Assembly: GCA_035084275.1 (NCBI GenBank)
Contig: CM068751.1
Location: 7,316,001 to 7,380,000 of the forward strand
DNA length: 64,000 bases
Source of the DNA: Hydrolagus colliei
Lineage: Eukaryota
Reading direction: 5' to 3'
A model generated the notes under the pieces. It was not told the origin of the DNA. It made no database searches and saw only the letters and a list, made by a program, of their open reading frames with translations. How positions within the stretch are numbered: position 1 is the stretch's first letter; each line of letters opens with the position of its first letter. Shown here one piece after another: positions 52,271 through 64,000 of the stretch. A program made the translations under genes and the position numbers.

Positions 52271-53719
52271 GGATCAGGTGGAAACGTACAACAACAAAAT
52301 TGCATTGATAGAGCGCCCTTCAGGTCAGGAGGATATCTCAAGGCTCTGATGGCTTGAGATATCCAGTAGCATTTGTTTAGTTTCTAGCGCCAAATGCTGT
52401 TGTCTAAGGAATGAAACAGTTGCATCAGGTAACTAACATGCTCCAAAGGCAATGTTTCAATAAAATGGAGCAAAGTAAGCTGAATAGACCTTATAAAGTC
52501 CAAAATATTCATGTTTAATCAATGTAAAAAAAAATCCAGGAATTACAAAATTCCATTATAAAATGGATCTCATACACATGGAAAATATACCCATCTCACA
52601 AGCTCACCAGAGCATCTCTTTCTCCTCAAAGCAAGCCCCTATAAAGGGCTAAAAACCACTGAAGGAGAGTTCCATTGAATAACATCAGACAGAGCTGCTT
52701 ACATTGTATGATAATACACTCTGGTAATACTGTGACTAACAAGAGTCCAAGGTGTGTGTAGCCATGCTGGATTAGCATAACACCGAAGGTGTATGGCTTT
52801 TACAAGTGTGAGAGCATATCTCTTTGTTTTGGCTCCACCAATCAACCTCTATAAGATGTGCTGCCACGAGTTTTGCTGATGATGTAGTGCATAATTTCCA
52901 AGTTTACCAAATGATGCAACATAGTGCATTTTTATCTCTAACATATCCAATTGAGTGCAGATCTGTTAAGATCATCGTAAAACAAAGTGGACTAAGCACT
53001 CAATTATATTTTTCATCCCACGATTTTATAGTCTGTCATTTTCTTCCTGCCATGTTGGATTTTTGGGGCCTTTTATAAATGTACCTGACAATTTAATCCA
53101 GCTCAGAGATTCTAAAGGCCAAACTGGAGCTCACAGCTTGTAAACTCAGGTTTCCTCATCAGACCAAGTCACAGCGAATGTCCTTTTGATAATTGTAGAT
53201 TAATTCTCCCTCTTCCCCCCTCCCACCATACTCAGTTAATTTCTCATTAATTTGTTGACTTAATGCATTTTACAGATTTCATGTCCACACATGAGCTTTG
53301 TGATATTAATGAAAAAAAATCATGGGCTTTAAAGCAAGTAACGAGAGCTGAGAATGATTAAAGGCAATAATCTAATCAAGTGGTTCAGATGACACTGTAA
53401 ACATTGACAACAAAGATTGAACATACATAATCATAATCTGAACCTCATGATTATATTACAGCTTGGATTCCTCTCCGGGCATCTGTTATTGCTTAGACCT
53501 TATAACATTTCAATTTTATTTAAATTGTTTTCTGTTCTGGGGGTCAGGTTTTGTGCAACTTCTAGTGTCTTTGACAGATGCAAGCGGACGGCTTGCTCAA
53601 CCCAAGATGTTCTCACAAGAAGATGAATGATTTTGATCTCAGTTAGGTTACTGAGAACTGTAATTTATTGTTGAGAAATTCCTTGTCGAATGGATATTGC
53701 AATACATCAAGAAATACCT

Positions 53720-54013
53720 ACCCTGGTGACTTAGTGGGTGAATGGACTGCTCATCGCAACTTTAGGCCATATAACTGTGTTGAGTGAGTTGATCTCAGCC
53801 TGGCTGGCCAGGATTTGAGAAACTACATATGGCTTCAGCGATCTTCATTTAGGGAGGAAAAATGAGCCTGCTTCAGATTCTTATCCGGGAATCTCCCCAG
53901 GAAGGTGTGAATTTGTAGATACTTGTCATGGACAGATTCCGAGATATCCATGATGTGTACTCTCTACAATCAAATCACCTACCAACACTCAGTCGAAATG
54001 ATGGTTACTTGGG
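53720..54013 (+). mobile_element. Ancient tRNA-SINE, same family as 2590-2815
   Basis: tggtgacttagtgggtgaatg..tgtgttgagtgagttgatctcagcc..tagggaggaaaaatgagcc..ccaacactca..atggttacttggg. Confidence 0.62.
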
Positions 54014-54412
54014 AAAAATGCCAGCGGATACCAGTGCGGGCGAAATCAAATTGAAGAAGGAAAATAGATATTTTCAGGAGGGGAGACAATCAAAAAGTTT
54101 GTGTGGAACATTAATAAGTATCTACGATGTACATTCACAATAACCTATCGTTAACCGGCAAACAGAGCTCAGTTGCAATGTATGGCATTTGCAATGTAAA
54201 ATGTTTTTGTAAGACAGCGATTGACAATTAGAGAAACTCCTCTGGACGTCCTCCCAGCGTAAACGGTGCTCGATAAATATAATTTTGTTGTTGTTGTAGA
54301 ATAAATCCTAAGTGTTTATTTGGTAAAGATATACCTGTATTGAAATATCACTTATTGACTGAAAGGAATTGGTCCTGATTTGAAAGCTGCAGATTATAAC
54401 AGCAAAAATTGG

Positions 54413-54689
54413 ATAATAATAATAATCCTCTGCATTTGATGTAGCATTTTTCACATCTTCCAGATGTCTCAAAGGGCTTCACAGAATATACTGTAAAGTG
54501 AATTGACTGTACGTTTGTGGGTGAAATGCGACAGCCAATTTCGCACAGCAGTATCCAACAACGGTAGTGTAAGTGACCAAATTATTATTTTTTTTCTCGA
54601 GGGATTATTATAAGACGTGTAGCGTAAGGAAAGTTGACCGAGGATTCGCTTGCGAGACAAATGCTCTAATCACTGAGCTACAGGACTCC
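54413..54689 (-). mobile_element. tRNA-SINE, young family, with B-box region deleted
   Basis: Same tail and body as other copies; the head ends ...ctctaatcactgagctacaggactcc. Confidence 0.88.
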
Positions 54690-55481
54690 AATGGTCAATG
54701 GTTCAACAGCTCACATGAGCTGTTACTATGTTGTATGGCTACTAATGGCAACGAGTAACCAAAAGTATTTATAGTTACAGTAGTTACACTTTTATATCTG
54801 CCTTCAAACGTTGGGAGATAACTTTATTACAGCAATCTTTATATGTCATTCTTGGATCAGCCTCTAGGAGGTGCACAAGAGTTAGCCCATGGCAGCCATT
54901 CAATGAGATTTCCTCTCCAAAAAAATCAACTAGTTTACACTTTGTGGTTTCTCCTAGTTGCAGGGTTATAATTGAGAGGTCAGCAGGCAATAGCAAATGC
55001 CATCCTCCAACTACAGCCCTCATAAACTTCAGAGGAAAGATCAAGGCAAACCAAGTTTCTTGGAAAACTATGATTGTCTTTCAGAGTGCTCCAGTTCTTT
55101 AGCAGTTAGGGAAGAAATCATCTTTAAGTCTATGCGTATACTGATTTGAAATCAGAAATACCAAAGCGGGTTCATCTTAAATATATTCAAGTATACAGGG
55201 CACTATTTTTAATTAAAGTACTCATTTATGTATATAACTCTGCCTGTTCCCATGTGCATGTGGAAGCACTGCAGTTTTGATTAGATATGAATTAAATGAT
55301 TTATGAGCAAAATTGGCTGGTGAATTAGACCATGTGAAGCATTACGAGGTATCCATATAAATTAGGGAAAATGTGTTGTTCTGGGGACAACCAGCGTTGT
55401 GGCCTAACAGATGCACTTTAAGTACAGTTTAATATGGCAATTGGTCCCAGTAGTGTAAGTTTGTTCTCACAGCTGAGTTCT

Positions 55482-55484
<3 letters not shown>

Positions 55485-55518
<34 letters not shown>
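55485..55518. repeat. (TC)n microsatellite
   Basis: Read directly from the sequence. Confidence 0.95.
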
Positions 55519-55521
<3 letters not shown>

Positions 55522-55814
55522 CTCCACATCTAATTCCATTCAGAATTTTCCACATATAATCCAATCACGGTATGTTTGCTTCATTGCAAAATTTTGTGAA
55601 TTGGCTTTCCAAAAAGCGCTGCTTTCAATTATTTTCCTCCCGAGTGTCATAAAGCATCACAGCTTATTAATTTTTATTGCAATCTACTTCGCCTGCACAG
55701 ATCAAAAATTCTTACGTGATTATATTTCGATGAAGCTTTTTTTTCACAAATCCTTGGCATTCCGAGTTGGATGCAGCTTTGTCTTTAAATGGGTCATTAA
55801 TTAGCCTGGAAGTG

Positions 55815-56085
55815 AGAGAGAGCATAGGACATCTCAAGCAAGCCTAAAGCTGATTTCCCCTGATGCTCACATCTGCACTTTGCAGCAACTGGTACTGGAT
55901 AGCTTAACTCTAATAATGACCAGGAATAAAAAACGTTCCTTCCCCCCACCCACCCAGGTGCTAAGGCTGATTGTTGTGAACTGTCTAATAATCAGCTAAC
56001 CCCATGTAGAATGGAATCTAACTTGAGATCCACTCGATTTTTCTGTCTCAGGACTGTACTAGACTGTGACTTTAACCATTGAGCA
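55815..56085 (-). mobile_element. Ancient tRNA-SINE, same family, degraded
   Basis: Complement motifs gcactttgcagc..actggatagc..cccaggtgctaaggctgattg..atcagctaac..tttaaccattgagc. Confidence 0.55.
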
Positions 56086-56584
56086 GTAAATAGTGCTCGA
56101 CAAGAGTTCCACTGAGTCTTTCCTCATAATTATTATCATTTGCCTTTTCATTCAAATACCTCATTAGTATTGTACAGCAGATCTGACCTCTGTTTCTCCA
56201 AACCTCTGCCACAGTACAGTACTTACAACCCTGACATTATAGGCATTCTAGTTCTTTAATATTAGCTTTATTTAATATTGTTTCACATAAATAGTCATTT
56301 ACACATCTCTGGTTTATTTCCCAGTTAAAGCCCCTGCTATTTTAGCATATATGTTCCAATGTAGGCAGCAGAATAGGACCATGAGTGAGGAAGTTTTTCA
56401 TATTCCACGTCGAATAATAAGTCGAGCTAGTGAGCAGGTTACATTCTGTTTTTGATGAATTCTGCCATGGGTTACAAGCCGTGTTTTGCAATGGAATGGG
56501 TTTGCCTGCGTTATCGAAAGTAGTTATGATAATTTAACATTAAAAATAAATTAATTTGAAGTGAACTTTTAATTTTTAAAAAGA

Positions 56585-56892
56585 TAATCTATGCATTTAA
56601 TAAAGTGCTTTTCCAGTGGGTCGCAAAGCACTTTGTAGGATTCATTGTAATGTGTGGTGACTGTATATTTACTCGGCCAATGCGGCAGCCAATTTATGCA
56701 CAGCAATGCCTCATGTAACAGACAGAGAGTGAATGATTAATTTTATTTGAGGGATTGTTGGCCAGTACACTGGGAGAAATTCCTTTATCTTTTCGGTGAG
56801 TCATGTTCAAAGTCTCAAGGTAGGGGTTGAACCCATAAGTGACTTAAGTCAATTCTGATTCAGTCAAGATTTCTATCAACTGAGCCAGGTTG
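56585..56892 (-). mobile_element. Deu-SINE with internal deletion
   Basis: caaagcacttt..gcggcagccaatttatgcacagcaa..gttggccagtacactgggagaa..ggggttgaaccca..caactgagcca. Confidence 0.72.
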
Positions 56893-56908
56893 AAATCCTA
56901 CTCTACCC

Positions 56909-57571
56909 GATGGGAAGTAGAAGAAAAGACTGTTGGCTTATTGATGCATTTGTGGTAAATCTTTGTACAGTGTATCTTTGTGAATATCTATCCAAAATAT
57001 AATTTCGAACCTTCAACTCGAAATGCAAACACAACATTCCATTTGAGCATTGAGTGAAATGCATTCGTAAAAGGATCTTTTATTTAAGTGTTTTGTATAA
57101 TATGCTGTCAATTTTTCTAACATACAGAAATAGGTCTCTCGGTTTCTGATGTAATGAGTGCACCTTCCAGTGTCTGCACAATTATGCACTTTTGTTGTTT
57201 TGCTGGCATGCCTTACATTGAAGCTCTTGTTGATTTTAAATGGACACTATGTAGTGGTATAATGATGATTTGTGCACACTACAGTTACATAATTCACTGC
57301 TATGGGTTACAGTACTGTCATTGCATAAAGTAAATAAACTAGACAGAATTTTCAAAATCTGATTTGGAATAATTATTGGAATAAATCCAGATCCCGAAAC
57401 TGGAACTCCGCAAGATAGGGAGTCATAAGAAAAGACTGCTGGCTTAACAATACAGTTGTGGTAGACTCTTATTTCTGCAGGGTATTTTTGTGAATACTGT
57501 ACTGTACATGTCCAAAATATAATTTGGACATATAATGGAATCTTAAATTCAAACCTTAAACTAAAAATTCA
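56909..57571 (+). repeat. Degenerate direct repeat pair (56909-57027 and 57414-57571)
   Basis: Shared blocks in the same order: aagaaaagactgYtggctta, ttgtggta, tttgtgaata, tccaaaatataattt and aacctt.aact. Confidence 0.75.
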
Positions 57572-58480
57572 TGCTTCTTTAATTAGAGTAATGTTGCCAC
57601 AGACTAGTTGCTTTCAGAGACATTCCTTTATTACAGTTGGCTCCAGGTGAATGCATACCTGATTCAGGCACAGTTCTTATCTTTGTATAAAATTCCAAAG
57701 TATCAAGCCACTTCCCATTGTACACAATTCTTGTCCGAACTATGAAATGTTCCCCATGGACTCGGTTTATTTTAATGCTCAACACACTAAATATAATCAA
57801 TCCACTGGCAATCCACTCGCTGAAAGTCAGCAGCACTTTGTGTCAAGACTCTGTGTCATCTTTGGGTGTTTTTGTTTCGATTGAGTTGTTGAGTGAATGA
57901 TTAAACGGGCTGTTTTGAAACATCTGCAAACTGTTTTTTTTTCTAAATTTGGGTTTATAGAAATCTTAATCCAAGCAGAACGTTTCTTGTCAATGTGTTT
58001 TTTTTGCTTTGGTTAGGATTTAGCTAAGGGCTGTCGGCAATAGATATCGATAGCAGTGATTTGGATGTAAATCACAAACCTATTTTGGTGCTTCAATCTT
58101 TCTCTGGCACCCACTATATAGTTGCTATGAAATAGAAGTGAAACTCACAAAGCTTCTCGTCCACACTGACAGCTCAGCTATTGTGAGGGTAACAGACTTG
58201 AGGGCTGTTTTCTTGTGCAATGTAACAATATGTCACGATTCAGATTTCACTCCAAGGACTGTGTTTAAATCTTGTGTTCTCACTGGTTTGAATCAAGCAG
58301 AAAAATAGCCACACTGCGACAGATTTATGAATTAAACGCAAATTATTGTAAATGATGCTAAGTTATTATTTTCAAGATGTAAATTTTTCCAGGATTTTCA
58401 CGGCACCTGGTAAGTGTCATTTCAGCCAAGCCAGAAATAGTGCTCCTTTAAATACATGAAAAAAAATGTTGATGGGCTTT

Positions 58481-58785
58481 TAATAATCATCCTTGTATTT
58501 AATATAGACCTTTTCGCATCTTCTAAATGACTCAAAGCGCTTCACAGAATGTCAAGTAAATTGGCTGTATATATATGTGGGTTAAACTCAGCAGCCAATT
58601 GCGTACAGCAGTGTCCCACAAACTGTCGGGGATTGAAGTGACCAATTTGTAATTGTTTTGTTTCAAGGGATTATTATCAAGCGTGTGGAGTAAGGAAACT
58701 TGCCCAAGGTTTTGCCCTGCCTGGAATTGAACCTAGGTCTCTCTCTTGCAAGGCGAGTGCTCTTACTACCGAGCTACATGACTCC
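58481..58785 (-). mobile_element. Full-length tRNA-SINE, young family
   Basis: Collinear with 33227-33545. Confidence 0.9.
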
Positions 58786-61700
58786 ACAAATATACATAAT
58801 TTTATATACATCTTTCACAAGATGTACATAAAAATTCAAACCAAAATAGTAAAATAGTAATGAGCCTTTTTTTTGCTTTGAATACTTATGCAAACAATTA
58901 AATTAGAGTTTCTTCGAAATAAAACCTCCTACAGTCTAGGCTGCAGCTATGGAGAAGCCAGGAAGTACTCTCAAGCTCTGCCTTTCTAGCTGGTTAGACT
59001 TCAGCAGTTACCCCAATGACACCTTGTCAACCTGTGCCAACTACTCTACAGAATTAGGCAGGTAGGACACGAGTGTACATTCTATTCCAACAATCTATCT
59101 CTGAGATTGTAACATGCAGGTGGAATGCAAAGAATTCTCAGTTTGGTTTGGGTACTCTTAATTAAGCATGGCGATGGGTTTCTTCATGCGTCAGATACCC
59201 GGCTGGCTTGGCTGCTCTCTTCGTTCAACAAATACTGGCCTGCTTCATGTTACTCAAAGTAAGCCACTTTAGCAGAAGAAACATATTAAATTGTTCAAAA
59301 GATTATTACCCTCTTTAAACGTTTAACACTTTTCACGTTTAACATTGCACTTTGCCGACTTTCTGCAATTGTGATTAAATTCAATCATCTCACAAGGCTA
59401 AAAGCTTGTCGGGATAAAACAGGAGAGAATGGAAAATAATCCTGCATTGCATATACTGTACATCCTCTGTTAGAAAGCACACACTTCTGTCCTCTGTCAT
59501 CCGTCCATAGTGCCGTCTGAATAAAATGTGAGGAGATCCGCAGTGGCTTGTAGATTTGTTGTTATCACAAGCAGTTTGGGGAACATGTGGAAAAACTTAA
59601 GAGTTTATATTAAATGTGCAACGTAGACAGTGGATTTTCATCCATGAAAAATCTCTTTAATGGAAACTCCGTGTCCAGAGTCAAGTCCAAAATACTAATT
59701 AGTTGTGAGCTAACCAGTGCCAACCCTGGGAGGGTGAGCAAGTGTGATATTCCATGCAGCTACATGCATTCCTTCAGATTGGGTGTGATTATTTGGTAAT
59801 GCATACAATGTTGGATTCAATTACAGTACTTAAAACAAACTGTTTCTCCTTTTATGGGCCAAAGTAATTTTCCAGAGGTGCCTGAACCATTGGGACTGCA
59901 AATGAACTTGACGTAAAGTCCCGATCTTCCCAACTTTTTTCTTCCTGCAGGTTTTATATAAACACTACCATGTTGAGAGCTGCAAACCTAGCCTTTGTTT
60001 AATTATTCAACAAATAATAGCAATCCATTTGAACGGAAAGATGACCTGAGAAAAAACGATAGAACTCACCATCTCTCCTTTGTACCTTAACTTGTGTCTG
60101 TAGATGAAGATGATTTGGTCATAGTCTGCTAGCATTGCTTTTGAAATATGGTGATCGAGCATTTAATCAGCATGCTCCTTTATTTGGGGAAAAAAGTAAA
60201 GCTCTGCCCATTACACTGGCCTAATTTCATTCACAATCCTGCGTACCATTGGGAACCCAAATGGTTTCAGCCAGGAACTTCCTATCTGGGGACCTTTGGA
60301 TTAGCAGCCTCCTAAATCTAATCCTCAGGTTCACAGGCACATTTTTCATTGTCAAACTCTCATCTGTACGTAAATCTCATCTGTTCATTAATGGAAATGG
60401 AATGTTGCCTGTAGAAATTATACATTTGACAGGCTTTCTCTCTCTTCCCTCCCCAGCTGACACCTCGCTGCCAATTATTTGTTGTACGACGAAAAAACTA
60501 GCAAGAAATATTTGGGTAGGCACATAACTGATGCTGGTTTTGACTTTTCAAGTTCAGATCTGTTATTTCAACTTTACTTTTTTTTTTAAAGTGTTTAAAT
60601 GGCAATTAGTGGTAAAAAAAATCTATGTTTGGAAATGGTACCATTACCACATCTGCAATTTTGGTTAGGAACAGTCGCTGTGCAAGCATGTCTAAAATAT
60701 GCTTTAACGTGGCATTGTTCGCAACAGAACAGTGAGAAGTTACACTTGCAATTCTATCCCAAGCCATGCCATTGAAAGCATACTTTAGACATACATGCCA
60801 CACTCCTCATGTGAAACAGCATGGCTGCTATCAGTGCTATTTCTTACCTGAGCAGCAAGCAGGCTGGTTTGTGGCTGAAGTCAATTTGCATTAGTTTCCT
60901 CCTGCGGCGGGTGAAACGAACCAAGTCGGAGTGACACTAGGTCTTAAACACCCTTGACCTTCTGGAGTGTAGTCAAGCACATCTAACGTTACACCTATAA
61001 GCTGCTTTGTCAATCTTTTTTCACAAAAAAATATTAAAGCTACAAAGTTGTCGTTCCTGTTTAAACTTTGACCCGTAATCATTCGCTGTGCCTATCTATG
61101 ACTGGGGAAGGTGGAGCAGCCAGCCACATTCCTCGTGCCTAATCGTTTTAACAGATAAATGGTTAACTTGAAATAACCTTATCAGAATTTATCATGTCAG
61201 CTACAAACCGTGATTTCAGAAGAATGGCATTTGGTTATTCTCCCAACTGCTGGCCTTGTGAGGACTGGCAGGAGCAGAGACTGGAACCAGACTGTGGAAG
61301 TGCACCTCCCGTGCATCTCCCTGGTAACCGCGCAGTGTGTAGGCCTATTTCTATGCACAGGCCTCATTTGTACGACATTAAGAAAGCTATTTGTCTGCTA
61401 AAAACGAAGACTCCAACACAGGCAGGAGTTACAAATAATGGGCTGTTTGAGCTGGTGCAAAGCAATTCTCCCTGCCGTCTGGATGCAAATAGATTTGTGT
61501 TAGCAATAGGGAGCACTGAATGTTCCTCTCTTTGTCTCTCGTGACTCAATGGAGCCTGCGCTATGAGTACACAAAGGGAAATAGTCCAGTGTTTTTTCAC
61601 TCCCTGTTAGAGTAACCAGCTCCGCACAAATTAGCACAGTGCACATGGGACCAGTTGAAATTATTTCTCCCCCCTCTCCCCACATCTCATCCCTCACATA

Positions 61701-62257
61701 CGCATCTAAAATTACCACAACATGCAGCACCCTTCACATAGAGTAATGTCCTGGAAAGCTTTATAAGGGCAGGATCAGCAGGGAGACCATAGGCACATCT
61801 GAAGAGGTAGATTTTGAGGTTGTAGATTTTTTAGAGACAAATAGTGAAAAACTGAGGGATAGAATCGGGCAGTTCTCGAGGTCAGGGGACGCTCACCTTC
61901 CAACTGAGTGCAAGCAGGCTGTATTCGTTGAGGCATACGTCCTGGTGTACAGCAAAATAATGATTCCAGGAAGGGTGCAGTCATTTTGAAAGAGGAAGCT
62001 CGATCCAATTCAATGGCAAGGAAAGAATTAACGGGCAGTCAAAGTGGAGTGTTTGCCTCTCCCTTCCACTAGATGTTTGCTTGTATCCGGCAATGATTTT
62101 TTTTTTTGCCAGAAAATTGGCTAAAACCGATTTGTTTTTCTTCAATGGACATTTAATTTCAAATTCGTCCATCATCTCAGCCCATTAATTAAATCACAAC
62201 ATCCATTAATTCCCTTATCCCGGCTGGTCCATCCACTCAGCAGACGCTATCAGTTTC

Positions 62258-62770
62258 ACCAACAACAACAAAAAACAAACCTCCCCAAAATTTCACTTAT
62301 ATAGCGCCTTTCATGTCGGGAGGACGTCCCAAAGCCCTGAACAGTCTGGTTGGAATCCAAGGGGCGTGGGGAGGGGGATGGAGTTCCGTGGGAGCAGAGG
62401 CTGAAAGCCCAGCCGCCGATGGTTGGGCGATTAGGGCGATGGACGCAGAGCAGGCCTGAGTCTGCTGAACGGAGGGTGCGGGCAGGCTGATAGAGGGACA
62501 GTAGGTCAGAGAGATAGGCGGGGGCAAGGCCGTGAATGGCCTTGAAAGTGAGAACAAGGATCTTGAATTCGATCCTCTGGGTAACGGGGAGCCAGTGGAG
62601 ACGGGCGAGGGTGGGAGTGATGTGGTCGCGAACCCTGGTACGGGAGAGGACACGAGCTGCAGAGTTCTGAATGATCTGCAGCCTGCAAGGGAGGAGCTGG
62701 GGAGGCCAACGAGGAGAGAGTTCCCATAGTCGAGCCTGGAAGTGATAAAGGCGTGGATGAGAGATAAGTA
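62258..62770 (-). mobile_element. L2-clade LINE 3' fragment with a frameshift and an internal deletion
   Basis: Two frames give LIHAFITSRLDYGNSLLVGLP and LQIIQNSAARVL...HITPTLARLHWLPVTQRIEFKILVLTFKAIHGLAPAYL. The 3' end is ctttgggacgtcctcccgacatgaaaggcgctatataa followed by (TTG)n. Confidence 0.93.
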
Positions 62771-63040
62771 GACAACAAGCATTTATAGAACAGCCCTCAA
62801 ACAGAGCAGTCTCCCAGAGCATTTCATGCCCCACACCTGATCTGCACACAGCAATGACCCACAAAGAGTAGTGGATTGAGTGACCAAATTATTCCTATTT
62901 TTTATTGAAGGAATTATTACCCCCAGAAAATTATCTGCCAATCAACTAACAATTAGGATCTTACTGCAAAGCAAACAGAGGCATTTGGAGTAAGGAAGCT
63001 TGCCTAAGGTTTTGCCCTGCGAGGGAATCAAACCCTGGAA
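62771..63040 (-). mobile_element. tRNA-SINE, long-body variant, abutting the L2 fragment
   Basis: gcacacagcaatgacccacaaa...gtgaccaa...ggagtaaggaagcttgcctaaggttttgccctg, with a B-box-like complement ggaatcaaacc. Confidence 0.75.
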
Positions 63041-64000
63041 AGGCACAGTGGCAGAGTGCCAAGACGTTGGTCTGTGCGTTGGCAATTTGGTACGAGTTAA
63101 ACTCAAGTCTAGGAAGGGAAGTGTCGAGGAAGGGAAGTCTTGGCATTTCCCTGTCTCTGAGGCTCAAGAAAACATGTGTGGGTCAGTACTAGGACATTGC
63201 CTGAAGCATTAGCACTGACCTCTGTGGGACTCAATTGAATATGCATGCAGACCTTTATGTCAAAATTGATATTGAAGATTGTTGCTGATTCGAGGGTGAT
63301 AATCTTAATTTTATTCTAATGATCTCGGTTTTCATAGTACACTCCGGCTTAGGACTGTGAGAGAATGAATGGAGTAGTGTGCTCTCCAGACTACCACCAC
63401 TGCTGGTTTTGTGACCTATTCAAGCATGACAACATGAGGAGATAGCTTCAAAGATAAAAATACCCAAAGCCATTTCTGAATTGTTTGCCAACTTAATGTT
63501 AACGATGCTGCCACATTAGGCCACTGGTGTAATTTGAGTGAATACATTTCAAAACCTTTTATTCATGCGCAACTGAAACAAATTGCGTACCACTGGATCG
63601 TGCTGTCTGGCATCAGGTTATTACATGTTTACTGCTGATTGTGCTCAGTATATAAATCCTTAGCACTCCACATGCTATGCCACACTTTATATTAAACACC
63701 ACTGGCAAGAATTTCCCATTATAAGCATATGCTGCTAGGGCTAGTAAATTTACCGACCAGTGGAAGCTACTCGGGAATAAAATACGGACGCATTTATTCT
63801 CTTGATTGCTTTATTAAAGTCGCAGACTTTGGTAGCATTGCCTTTCGCAATTTGAAGCAAGCTCTCTGGATCCATTTACACAATTCTGTGTCTGTGGCAA
63901 ATTTACAACAATGTGGAGTGCAGTTATTTGCATCTAAAATTCACTTCATGCTTTCAGCTCCCGAGTTGGCCCACTTCATTTATGCACTGCACGTATCTGT

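Noticed and set aside
59920-59950. Strong plus-strand splice acceptor (also at about 14659)
   Set aside because: No clear downstream donor or credible reading frame.
1-64000. CRISPR array, prokaryotic operon, or SINE strand bias revealing host-gene direction
   Set aside because: The repeats are dispersed eukaryotic retroposons without regular spacers. Counting fragments, both orientations are common.

Overview
This is AT-rich, gene-poor vertebrate DNA, either intronic or intergenic. The repeat content points to a cartilaginous fish, probably a chimaera or elephant shark, but that is an inference. I could not recognise any host protein-coding gene. The only convincing protein-coding stretches are retrotransposon remnants: a young 5'-truncated CR1 LINE (20432-21237, minus strand, AGATAA target-site duplication) nested inside an older CR1, and L2 LINE fragments (42294-42539 plus; 62258-62770 minus). 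The window also holds many tRNA-headed SINEs with L2-type tails (a young short family and an older Deu-domain family), a second ancient tRNA-SINE family, a CpG-rich hAT-like remnant and microsatellites. The most interesting signal is a family of Penelope-like fold-back elements. The copy at 52012-52270 carries two opposed minimal hammerhead-ribozyme motifs. Several L2/SINE tail-derived hairpins resemble the precursors of L2-derived miRNAs. Family names come from memory of consensus sequences, not from database searches, and boundaries of old repeats are approximate.
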